Assembly (NCBI GenBank): GCA_964410025.1
Contig: CAYPFA010000002.1
Location: 15,653 to 79,652 of the forward strand
Direction of reading: 5' to 3'
From: Candidatus Woesearchaeota archaeon
Lineage (GTDB): Archaea; Nanobdellota; Nanobdellia; Pacearchaeales; GW2011-AR1
Length of the DNA: 64,000 nucleotides
The translations under genes were made by a program, and so were the position numbers. Each line of letters starts with the position of its first letter. Position 1 is the first letter of the stretch. Below the pieces are notes generated by a model that ran no database searches, was not told the origin of the DNA, and saw nothing but the letters and a program-made list of their open reading frames with translations. Below are positions 56,118 to 64,000 of the stretch, one piece after another.

Positions 56118-56327
56118 ATGGCAAAAATACAGGAAAAAAGCAAGTTTAATTTTTCAGCTTTCCTTGCGTGGATGGTTGGAATCTTAGTATCTTTAGCAGT
56201 AGGTTCCGGAATGATCGATAAGATACTTACAATTCCATTTGTTCCAAATATAATAACAGCTATCGCAGGTTGGATTGTAGTAATCGGCGCAATAATTTCA
56301 GTAATCGCTGCAATTTTTAACAGATAA
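56118..56327 (+). CDS. small two-TM membrane protein (69 aa)
   Basis: GGAGGT lies 5 nt upstream of ATG 56118. MAKIQEKSKFNFSAFLAWMVGILVSLAVG.... Confidence 0.6.
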   Translation: MAKIQEKSKFNFSAFLAWMVGILVSLAVGSGMIDKILTIPFVPNIITAIAGWIVVIGAIISVIAAIFNR

Positions 56328-56539
56328 ACAATCAATCATTTTATTTTTTATTTTTATTTTTAAGTAAAAAGAATTATAGTTTGCATCCAGTGTATTTTTA
56401 GCCGCAGGCTGTTAATTAAGTCGTATGCAAAGGTAACCTTAGTGCATAAAACCGCGGTAACTGAAAAATCTGTGAGCGCGAAGGCAAAATATAGCATAAT
56501 CACATAAATATTTATAAACAAAACTCATAATAAAATCAA

Positions 56540-56935
56540 ATGAACAAAATAACCATTTCAGGATTTGCCCAAGGCGGAGGATCTTTTTATTTAGAATATA
56601 AAGATAGGCAAAACAGTGAAATCATAAGAGTATTTAGGTTGGAAGATACAGAATCATCGCCAGTTTGGTGTTCAGTCGATACAAAATTTTCAAACGGACA
56701 AAGAGAACATTTTTCTGAAGAAATGCCATTCCCAAGAAGAAATCCATTCTTACCAAGAGCACTTTATCTTCAACCTCTCGAATATCTTGCGGCAAGAGAA
56801 TATGCAGAAACAATTGTTAAAACCAATCCTGGAGAATTTAAAGTTGATGACGAAATAGAGAAAAGGTTTGAATATGATATAAAGAAATCATTGCTTTCTG
56901 AGTTAAATGGGATAATTAAACAAAAAAAGAATTAA
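56540..56935 (+). CDS. hypothetical protein, gene 1 of the four-gene operon
   Basis: Track ORF; no motif recognised. Confidence 0.6.
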   Translation: MNKITISGFAQGGGSFYLEYKDRQNSEIIRVFRLEDTESSPVWCSVDTKFSNGQREHFSEEMPFPRRNPFLPRALYLQPLEYLAAREYAETIVKTNPGEFKVDDEIEKRFEYDIKKSLLSELNGIIKQKKN

Positions 56936-56936
56936 C

Positions 56937-57281
56937 ATGACAAAACCAAAACCATCACTTGAAGTTGAGAAAAGATCAGACGGATATCTTTTTACAGAAG
57001 TTAGACCAACCTATGAAGTTTATCATGGAAGAGTTCACTGTTTATCAAATAATATTCAATATGCAATAGTTTTTGACCAAGAAATTCCTTCTGCCGGAAT
57101 GGGCCCACCATTTACTAAGCCACAGCTCTTAAAGGCTGGAGACTATCCAATGATAGGTAGACATTATTTTTTAGAACATTTTATGGAAATCGAAGTAATA
57201 AGTCAGGCTAAAAAACTAGCAAAAGAAAAAGGATTAGTATTAAAGTTGGCACAAAGCCAACCTAAGTGCACAAAAAAATAA
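56937..57281 (+). CDS. hypothetical protein, gene 2 of the four-gene operon
   Basis: 1-nt spacer to gene 1. Ends ...LAQSQPKCTKK. Confidence 0.6.
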   Translation: MTKPKPSLEVEKRSDGYLFTEVRPTYEVYHGRVHCLSNNIQYAIVFDQEIPSAGMGPPFTKPQLLKAGDYPMIGRHYFLEHFMEIEVISQAKKLAKEKGLVLKLAQSQPKCTKK

Positions 57282-57282
57282 A

Positions 57283-57786
57283 ATGGAACCCAAAAAACTA
57301 ATCTTCGGACCACCATATCCATCAATCTTATTTACGGGAGAAAAGACAAAAACCTTTAGGGTTACTGGTGGCAATAGATATCAAATTGGCGATTTGGTTT
57401 CACTTTGCACGCCAGAAAAAGAAGAATTTGCTCAAGCTGCAATATTTAGCAAAACCCGAAAAAGATTTTATGACTTAACCACATCAGACTGGAAGGGCCA
57501 CGAAACATTCGCATCAGAACGAGAAATGTATATAATTTACTCCAATTGGCAAGGATTTCCGGTCGGCGGAGCAACACCGCTCGATATTATTGAATACAAA
57601 GACTTTAGAATCACAAATCCAGATTTAATCAGTCGTCTTAAACAAGGCATTTACGCTACAGATGATACCAAAGGTAACCTTGGTGCAAAGATTTTAGATT
57701 TCCAAAAAGCCTTGGCAGAAAAAGAACAAAAACAAAGGCAAGAAGATTATAAAAAAATCGCACATATAGCAGATCATCTAAAATAA
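57283..57786 (+). CDS. ASCH (PUA-like) domain protein, gene 3 of the four-gene operon
   Basis: ILFTGEKTKTFRV resembles the ASCH GxKxxExR block. Size and beta-rich pattern fit. Confidence 0.5.
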   Translation: MEPKKLIFGPPYPSILFTGEKTKTFRVTGGNRYQIGDLVSLCTPEKEEFAQAAIFSKTRKRFYDLTTSDWKGHETFASEREMYIIYSNWQGFPVGGATPLDIIEYKDFRITNPDLISRLKQGIYATDDTKGNLGAKILDFQKALAEKEQKQRQEDYKKIAHIADHLK

Positions 57787-57787
57787 A

Positions 57788-58126
57788 ATGGTAGAACAAA
57801 AAATTTATTTCTGTAAATATTTAGGTTATAATATCACTGGCATTGCCGCACGAAATTGTAACTATTCCAATCTAGATGGCTACACCTGCAGGCATTCTGG
57901 CGAAGATTGTGTTGCAAAAGAGGGATTAATCGCATTTCAGCAAAAATTAGAACAAAGTCAACCTAAGTGCATAGATTCAATAATTGATGAAACTTTGCGC
58001 CAATTAGAGTGGTTACATGAAATAGGATCAAATCTTCCCAAATCTGTCATTCACACAGCGCAGGGAGGAATTGCTATAAAAATTCCAAATTATACTGCAC
58101 CAGATGATTGGCGCCCTAAAAAATAG
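57788..58126 (+). CDS. Cys-rich hypothetical protein, gene 4 of the four-gene operon
   Basis: Six Cys in the first 42 aa. Contains ...LEQSQPKCIDS. Confidence 0.6.
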   Translation: MVEQKIYFCKYLGYNITGIAARNCNYSNLDGYTCRHSGEDCVAKEGLIAFQQKLEQSQPKCIDSIIDETLRQLEWLHEIGSNLPKSVIHTAQGGIAIKIPNYTAPDDWRPKK

Positions 58127-58152
58127 AATTTTAATTCAAAATCACTCCAAAG

Positions 58153-58178
58153 GTTCGCACAAGATACATTGTGCGAAC
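58153..58178 (+). terminator. 9-bp perfect hairpin downstream of the operon
   Basis: GTTCGCACA-AGATACAT-TGTGCGAAC, 27 nt after the stop at 58126. Confidence 0.35.
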
Positions 58179-58287
58179 TCAATTTCAAACCCTTAAAGCA
58201 CGATTTTTTATCCTTTTCATGGTTTTGGAAAATTACAAGAAACACCCATGATAAGTCATCCATGCACTAACCCACCAAAGTATAAAA

Positions 58288-58437
58288 TTACCTCTTTCTA
58301 AAACTTAAACAGAAAAATAAAGCCGTACTTCCAGCCCATAAAATATTAAAGAAGTCCCTATCCAAAAAGCTATAAAGTAATAAAAGTCCCAAAACACCAA
58401 GTGGCCAATTTTTTTGAAATTGTTTGCCCTTAATCAT
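58288..58437 (-). CDS. possible small membrane protein (49 aa)
   Basis: Hand-translated MIKGKQFQKNWPLGVLGLLLLYSFLDRDFFNILWAGSTALFFCLSFRKR. Too short for the track. Confidence 0.25.
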   Translation of the reverse strand: MIKGKQFQKNWPLGVLGLLLLYSFLDRDFFNILWAGSTALFFCLSFRKR

Positions 58438-58460
58438 AATTAAACCAGGCTTTTTAGGCT

Positions 58461-58520
58461 TTTAAACCTTTGGCCGCAGGCCGTTAGATCAAATTTTTAA
58501 ACCTTTGGCCGCAGGCCGTT
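58461..58520. repeat. 25-nt perfect direct repeat x2 (period 35) containing GCCGCAGGCCGTT
   Basis: TTTAAACCTTTGGCCGCAGGCCGTT at 58461-58485 and 58496-58520. A related GCCGCAGGCTGTT is at 56401-56413. Confidence 0.9.
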
Positions 58521-58521
58521 C

Positions 58522-59154
58522 TTAAACCTTACCGACAAAACCAATGACTGTTTTCCCAGAATCCACATGCTGTCCCTTGTGTGCAATTAAAACCACATTT
58601 TTTTTGGGCAAAATAATGCTTACTTGCGAACCAAAGTTAATTCTTCCGATTCGGTCACTTCTCTGAAGTTTTTGTCCAGGTCTAACCCAATTTTCTATCC
58701 TTCTAACAAAAAACCCCGCAATTTGAATAATCTTAAACTTTCCAATTTTCGGATTTTCAAACAATGTCTCGGTTTTTTCATTTAATGCCAAACTCTTAAA
58801 ACTATTACTAAACCTAAACTTTCCATCCACATGCTTCACTCCTAAAACCTTTCCATCAACAGAAGCCCTTTGGATATGTACATCCATCGGACTCATAAAA
58901 ATAGACACTAAATAGCAAGAATCCGCCACATCCTTTGCGCTTGTTTTAATTTTCCCAAACCAGCCCTTTTTTATTTCCATATCATTTTTTTGGTTTATTT
59001 CTAGGATTTCAATAATTTTTCCAGAAGCAGGTGAGACAATATAATTCTCTTTTTGAATTTCTACCCTAGGATCTCTAAGAAACCAAACTCTCCAAAAAAC
59101 AAGAAAACAAGCCACAATTACTATTAAATATAATAAAATAATAAATGATATCAT
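58522..59154 (-). CDS. psd: phosphatidylserine (archaetidylserine) decarboxylase proenzyme, short form
   Basis: N-terminal TM; FGSQV self-cleavage-type G-S motif near the C-terminus; 210 aa. Confidence 0.7.
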   Translation of the reverse strand: MISFIILLYLIVIVACFLVFWRVWFLRDPRVEIQKENYIVSPASGKIIEILEINQKNDMEIKKGWFGKIKTSAKDVADSCYLVSIFMSPMDVHIQRASVDGKVLGVKHVDGKFRFSNSFKSLALNEKTETLFENPKIGKFKIIQIAGFFVRRIENWVRPGQKLQRSDRIGRINFGSQVSIILPKKNVVLIAHKGQHVDSGKTVIGFVGKV

Positions 59155-59243
59155 CCCTAGTCTCCTCCTTTTAACACTAACCCCTCTTTTTTTATAAAAA
59201 AATAAAAATAAATAAATATTGTTTGCAAAACTAAATCAGATTG

Positions 59244-59426
59244 TTAAAATCTGTTTGGTCTTGGCATTTTGCTGAAACATTCTCTGCAATAGACTGGTTT
59301 TCCCTCTGTTGGTTTGAAAGGTACTTCGCATTCTTTATTACATTTTGAACATGTAGCTTTGTGCATTTCTCTTGGTCCATCGAAATCTCTTCTAGGTCCT
59401 CTGCTGAATCCGCCGTTAAATCCCAT
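59244..59426 (-). CDS. small CxxC...CxxC zinc-ribbon protein with RG-rich N-terminus
   Basis: CSKCNKECEVPFKPTEGKPVYCRECF. Confidence 0.7.
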   Translation of the reverse strand: MGFNGGFSRGPRRDFDGPREMHKATCSKCNKECEVPFKPTEGKPVYCRECFSKMPRPNRF

Positions 59427-59535
59427 TGTTGTATTTTTATATCCTCCGTGTGTATTTAATTAATCTGAGAAGTCTTAATTGCTTAATCTAACTCAAATAC
59501 ATAATTTTACATAAAATTGAGGTTATAAACCTATG

Positions 59536-60111
59536 CTATTTAAAATAAACTCTCTTTATTACAATATTTTCAGTCGGCCAATCAGACATTCCGCCCCTTA
59601 TTCCAGTTTTAACAATGCCAATTTTTTCAACAACTTCCATGCCAGAAATCACTTTTCCAAAAACAGCATAGCCAGGATTTCCAGGAGTATAATCTAAGAA
59701 ATCATTATCAATTAAATTTATAAAAAATTGTCCAGTTGCAGAATCCGGCACATTAGTTCTAGCCATTGCAATTGTTCCTTTATCATTTTTCAACCCATTA
59801 TTTGATTCCAGTTTTATCGGAGCATTCGTTTGTTTCTGTTGTCCACTTTGTGTAAACCCGCCACCCTGAATCATAAATCCAGCCATCACTCTATGAAAAA
59901 CCGTTCCGTCATAAAAATTAGATTTAATATAATTTTCAAAATTTGCTACAGTTATCGGAGCCTTTTCTGAATTAAGTTCTACTTCTATATTTCCTACCGA
60001 AGTTTCAATTACTACAATTTGTCGTTTATCCATTGTTGTTATTAAAAATCCCACAATAATCAGCGCCAAAATAAAAATTCCGGAACCAATCATAATGAAT
60101 TTCTTCTTCAT
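59536..60111 (-). CDS. ppi: cyclophilin-type peptidyl-prolyl isomerase, membrane-anchored or secreted
   Basis: FHRVMAGFMIQGGG; N-terminal TM. Confidence 0.9.
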   Translation of the reverse strand: MKKKFIMIGSGIFILALIIVGFLITTMDKRQIVVIETSVGNIEVELNSEKAPITVANFENYIKSNFYDGTVFHRVMAGFMIQGGGFTQSGQQKQTNAPIKLESNNGLKNDKGTIAMARTNVPDSATGQFFINLIDNDFLDYTPGNPGYAVFGKVISGMEVVEKIGIVKTGIRGGMSDWPTENIVIKRVYFK

Positions 60112-60218
60112 AAAATATAATATAAAAAAAGCTTTTTAATTCTTTCTAAACTCTACTAGAGAATAATGTTCCATAGTGTTTTCCAAATATATTTAAACCA
60201 AGGTTCGTACAATCTGGT

Positions 60219-60722
60219 ATGAAAAAAGTGGTTGTTAGTGATTTAATGCAAAAAAATTATTCTTATTTTTTATCAGAACCAGAGGGTAAAAATTTTGATA
60301 CAGAATTTAAACCCGAATTAACGCCAAAAAAAATGCTTGAACTTGGGATTTTCGGTGGCAAATATATGACAGATTGCAAAAAAGAATTTCCGAAGGATTG
60401 GTTTGTAAAAGCAAAATTTTGTCACGAATTTCATGACGCAAACTTAAATTTTTTTAAAGTAAATGCATCGCAACCTCTTTCCGTTTGGCGAAAAAAAAGT
60501 TGGATTTTTTCAGAAGATCCACGTGGTTGGTTTCAATGGTATTGTAGATATTTTTTAGGTCGAAGGATTCCAGAGATGGATTTAATTCAAATAAAAAGAT
60601 GGAAAGCAATCAAACGACACATTTCACAGATTAAAAAAAATTGTTCAAAAGGAGATTTAAATTGTCGTCCCAAACAACGTCAAGCAGTTCTTCATTGGGC
60701 ATACGATTCGAGGAAACTATGA
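60219..60722 (+). CDS. conserved-looking hypothetical protein (167 aa)
   Basis: GIFGGKYM and GWFQWYCRYFLGRR blocks. Its stop overlaps the xerA-like ATG (ATGA). Confidence 0.6.
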   Translation: MKKVVVSDLMQKNYSYFLSEPEGKNFDTEFKPELTPKKMLELGIFGGKYMTDCKKEFPKDWFVKAKFCHEFHDANLNFFKVNASQPLSVWRKKSWIFSEDPRGWFQWYCRYFLGRRIPEMDLIQIKRWKAIKRHISQIKKNCSKGDLNCRPKQRQAVLHWAYDSRKL

Positions 60723-61552
60723 CGCCGGAAGAATTTCTTAAAAAACTTGAAATAGAATTAAAGATTTCCAAAAATTCCCCATATACTCTTAGAAATTATA
60801 TTGATGCAAACAAACAGCTGTTTGAACACTCAAACAAACAACCAGAAGAAATGAGTATTGACAATGTCAAGCATTTTATGGCAGAAAAACTTTCAGATAA
60901 GTCTTCTTCATCAATTATTCTTTTTTTGGCAGCACTCAAATATGCATACACCAATATTCTCAAAACCGACGTGACTCTTGGCATTAAACGTCCAAGAAAA
61001 GAAAAAAGAATTCCCACTGTTTTAACAAAAGAAGAAGTAAAAAAGCTGTTTGCTATTTTAATAAACAACAAGTCACGTCTAATGGTTTCTCTGCTTTATG
61101 CCTGTGGTTTTCGAGTTTCCGAACTAACAAAACTAAAAGTTAATGATTTAAATTTTGATGAAATGTCTGGTTCTGTTAAGCAGGCTAAGGGCAAAAAAGA
61201 TAGAGGGTTTAATATTCCAGCTTTTCTACTAGAGGATCTAAAATCTCAAGTTGATGAACAAAAAAAATTAAACCAAGAATTTCTTTTCTCAAATCCAACA
61301 ACTGGAGCTAGAATGAGCTCGGCAAATTTAGAAAAAATAGTTAGAAAGGCAGCCAAAAGAGCGGGAATTCAAAAAGACGTTCACTGTCATACACTAAGGC
61401 ATTCTTTTGCGACACATTTGCTCGAAAACAACGTGGACATAAGAAAAATACAAGAACTTTTGGGCCACGCAGATTTAAGCACAACGCAAATTTATACACA
61501 TGTTTCAAGGGAAGAATTGAAAAAAATAAAATCTCCTATTGATTTGCTTTAA
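60719..61552 (+). CDS. xerA: tyrosine recombinase, XerA/XerC/D-like
   Basis: MTPEEFLKKLE... start preferred over the track start 60641. R (GFRVSEL), HTLRHSFATHLL, LGHADLSTTQIYTHV. Confidence 0.85.
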   Translation: MTPEEFLKKLEIELKISKNSPYTLRNYIDANKQLFEHSNKQPEEMSIDNVKHFMAEKLSDKSSSSIILFLAALKYAYTNILKTDVTLGIKRPRKEKRIPTVLTKEEVKKLFAILINNKSRLMVSLLYACGFRVSELTKLKVNDLNFDEMSGSVKQAKGKKDRGFNIPAFLLEDLKSQVDEQKKLNQEFLFSNPTTGARMSSANLEKIVRKAAKRAGIQKDVHCHTLRHSFATHLLENNVDIRKIQELLGHADLSTTQIYTHVSREELKKIKSPIDLL

Positions 61553-61922
61553 TTATATAAAATATAACCAGCCCAAGTATTACTATTCCAATTATAACTA
61601 ACCATATAAATAATTTTTCCAGACTATTTGTCTGAGTTTTAATAGAAAGTATTTCCTCTCTTTGCGCCCTACCTAGCGTACTTAAGTCGTCTCCCCATTC
61701 TCTTCTTTTTAATACACCTATTATAAAAAATAAAAAACCTATGACAATCAAAAACCACATCTTGAATAAAAAACCCAAAACAACCCATGCAATTCCAACC
61801 AAAAACATCATATAAAAATCAAATGTTTTTCTTTTAATCTTATAATTCAAAAAACCAAATGCAACAGCCAGCATGAGTGCTACTATAAAAATAATTATTA
61901 ATAAAAAACTAGTTTGTAGCAT
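61536..61922 (-). CDS. membrane protein (4 TM)
   Basis: Track ORF with hydrophobic segments. Confidence 0.55.
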   Translation of the reverse strand: MLQTSFLLIIIFIVALMLAVAFGFLNYKIKRKTFDFYMMFLVGIAWVVLGFLFKMWFLIVIGFLFFIIGVLKRREWGDDLSTLGRAQREEILSIKTQTNSLEKLFIWLVIIGIVILGLVIFYIIKANQ

Positions 61923-61965
61923 AGAGAATTAACTGCAAGGAAATTTATAAATGTTCTTTATTCAT

Positions 61966-63396
61966 CTAAGCGTGATATTTGCCATCCATGATATTTACCA
62001 ATTGTGCTTGGCCATTTGAATAAAAGAGCAAATGTGTATGCATCCAGTTTGAAGCACCTTCGTTATATCCCAAATCAAGCTTTGAAGAAGTTCCAACTTT
62101 CCATGCGTCTCTGAAAATTCCAGGATGGTGTGAGTGTCCAGTCACTGATTTACCATAAACCCTAGCTTGAGTTCTTATTCCCATGTTTTTACTTCCACCG
62201 GGACCTTGATCTCCATGAACTGCAAACTGCCATCCTCTTTTTTTAAAGTCCTCATCTCGTCGTAAAAATCTCACTCCTTCAATATTTCCATAGGTTCTTT
62301 GTATACCGAGCTTCAGTGCACCACCGGCTAATTCTTCTATTGGATTTTCAATTAAGTCAGCAGATAATTTGTATAACAAGGAAAGATTTTTTCCATTAGA
62401 TTTTCTAAAGTCTGCTTTTTGTAAATATCTATCTAAAAATGTATCATGATTTGATCTAACAATTACTATTTCTGAACCAGTGGGTAGATTTTTTTTAAGC
62501 CGTGAAAGCATTTCTCCACAACGGTATAATTCTTTTCCAAGTAAGTCATATCCTTCATTTGCCGCTCTTGCTCTTTTAATTTCATTTTCTTGTTCATGCG
62601 GATTTACAGACAATCCACTAAATAAATCATGAATAACGACATATCCAGGATTAAATTCTCTCATCATTTTTAACGTTGCTTTCAAAACTTCTGGATCCGT
62701 TTCTCCAGAGTGAAGATCTCCTAATACCATAAGTTCTATATTTTCTTTTTTAGGAGCAGTAATTCCATCATATCTTTTTCCTAGGTCATAAAAAACACCC
62801 TTATTATTTGCAGCCAACTGTCTAAAGTGATATCGGTGATCATCAACAACCTCCACAAGAACTGCGGCAAAATCATGATCAAGATATGCATGCGTTCCCC
62901 AGTTATTATTTTTATAACTAGGCATAGTCATAGCTCCAGTAGACATAAGTATTTTTGGTAAACTTTGTTTAGAATTTGGTTCCGGGCTCATCATCATTTT
63001 TGGCGAAGCAATAATTGCAGATTTATCTACCTTCACATGTCGATCCCAACTTGTTAGTGGAATCATTTGTTGTGCCTTTACCGGATAATTTACAGCATAT
63101 AATGATTGATTTAATTTTCTTTTTTCTGCCATACCAACCTCGCTCATTTCATCATCAAAAATTATTTCTGTTTTTTCATGATTCATGGCCCAATCTCTAA
63201 TGCTATTTTGTATTTTATCTTCCTCGTCCCTATCTTCCCCTCTTTTTGAAGTTGTTTGCCTCCCATTTGTAGGCATAATCCATAAATTTCCGTCTCTTTC
63301 TTTCCTTAATGTCTCCAGACCGTTTAGAAAATTCTCATTGGGGTTAGCACCACGCTGCGCCGTCGTGATTATATATGTTTTACCTCTCCCCTTCAT
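61966..63396 (-). CDS. calcineurin-like metallophosphoesterase with a ~220-aa N-terminal domain of unknown function
   Basis: LGDLHSGE, VIHDLFSG, RSNHD, VHGD, GHSHHPG. Confidence 0.7.
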   Translation of the reverse strand: MKGRGKTYIITTAQRGANPNENFLNGLETLRKERDGNLWIMPTNGRQTTSKRGEDRDEEDKIQNSIRDWAMNHEKTEIIFDDEMSEVGMAEKRKLNQSLYAVNYPVKAQQMIPLTSWDRHVKVDKSAIIASPKMMMSPEPNSKQSLPKILMSTGAMTMPSYKNNNWGTHAYLDHDFAAVLVEVVDDHRYHFRQLAANNKGVFYDLGKRYDGITAPKKENIELMVLGDLHSGETDPEVLKATLKMMREFNPGYVVIHDLFSGLSVNPHEQENEIKRARAANEGYDLLGKELYRCGEMLSRLKKNLPTGSEIVIVRSNHDTFLDRYLQKADFRKSNGKNLSLLYKLSADLIENPIEELAGGALKLGIQRTYGNIEGVRFLRRDEDFKKRGWQFAVHGDQGPGGSKNMGIRTQARVYGKSVTGHSHHPGIFRDAWKVGTSSKLDLGYNEGASNWMHTHLLFYSNGQAQLVNIMDGKYHA

Positions 63397-63498
63397 GTAT
63401 TTAAGAAGGGTATCTTGTTTAAAAATGTTTATGTCCTGTAGAATATAGATTATGACTCAACATATATATTTATAAAATTAAAAAATGTTCTATAGGCA

Positions 63499-63936
63499 AT
63501 GGTAACTAGAAAATGCGATAGGCCACAATCCAGAAAACTTTTTAATACGCATATGAGGCTTACGCCATTTCTTGATGAGAATAATTCTAGATTTTTAGTT
63601 TACTGTTCCTGCGCAAGACATCCGGGTTTTTTAAGAACAATGAAAAGACTCGAAGATCATCCCTATTGCAAACCAACCGAGTGCGCTCATCATAAAAAAT
63701 TATCCATAGAAAATAGTCATGAATATGATATTGATTTAATTAATACTAATTTGAAAAATCAGGAACACGGAATTCATCCAACCTATAAATTTCATCCTCA
63801 AAGAGATGACAAAGGCAAGCCTTTCTTTTGGGTTCTTGATAGGGGAAATTTTATTTATTTACTTTATCAAAACAAACAATCTCTTTTTGAACAACTGGAT
63901 AGAGATCATTTTCAACTCTATTTCACTAACCCCTAA
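63499..63936 (+). CDS. hypothetical Cys/His-rich protein
   Basis: Track ORF. Confidence 0.45.
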   Translation: MVTRKCDRPQSRKLFNTHMRLTPFLDENNSRFLVYCSCARHPGFLRTMKRLEDHPYCKPTECAHHKKLSIENSHEYDIDLINTNLKNQEHGIHPTYKFHPQRDDKGKPFFWVLDRGNFIYLLYQNKQSLFEQLDRDHFQLYFTNP

Positions 63937-63966
63937 TTTTTTAAACTCCCTTTTATAATAATATTT

Positions 63967-64000
63967 ATGGTTTGTGAGAAATGCGGCTATATCGATAAAA
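63967..64000 (+). CDS. start of a possible zinc-ribbon ORF, truncated by the window end
   Basis: ATG GTT TGT GAG AAA TGC GGC... (MVCEKCGYIDK). Confidence 0.25.
   Translation, partial: MVCEKCGYIDK

Noticed and set aside
60641-60718. Track start (60641) for the recombinase, giving an N-terminal MFKRRFKLSSQTTSSSSSLGIRFEET extension
   Set aside because: That stretch is the alternative frame of the upstream gene's 3' end. ATG 60719 overlaps the upstream stop (ATGA) and gives a typical ~277-aa Xer protein.

Overview
AT-rich (about one-third G+C by eye) archaeal chromosome segment, most consistent with a small-genome DPANN-type archaeon. Archaeal markers present: RadA, RPA, aEF-1beta, diphthine-ammonia ligase, split Hef/XPF, Orc1/Cdc6 and both PolD subunits. 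The window opens inside a surface-protein gene of more than 3079 codons (minus strand, 1-9237), followed by a secreted GH16 glycosidase. 16-27 kb holds a pilin-less type IV pilus/archaellum-like core (KaiC-like ATPase, prepilin peptidase, polytopic platform protein, FlaI/PilB-like ATPase), three paralogous membrane proteins and an 81-bp tandem repeat. 28-38 kb is mostly housekeeping. A candidate oriC (48.44-48.93 kb) lies upstream of orc1/cdc6-dp1-dp2, and that cluster continues co-directionally into an intact bacterial-type DnaE. Right of the origin are a tRNA-Ser(CGA) surrounded by tRNA fragments, an Lhr helicase/metallophosphoesterase pair, and an accessory-looking block (53.4-58.5 kb) of coiled-coil/HTH regulators, a palindrome-rich control region and a tight four-gene operon of unknown function. 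Then come psd, a cyclophilin, XerA-like recombinase and a large metallophosphoesterase. The strongest unexplained signal is a family of 12 co-oriented, two-hairpin intergenic elements (10.2-39.0 kb) whose stems differ in sequence but keep their pairing. Everything is from reading the sequence and the ORF track; no searches or statistics were run.
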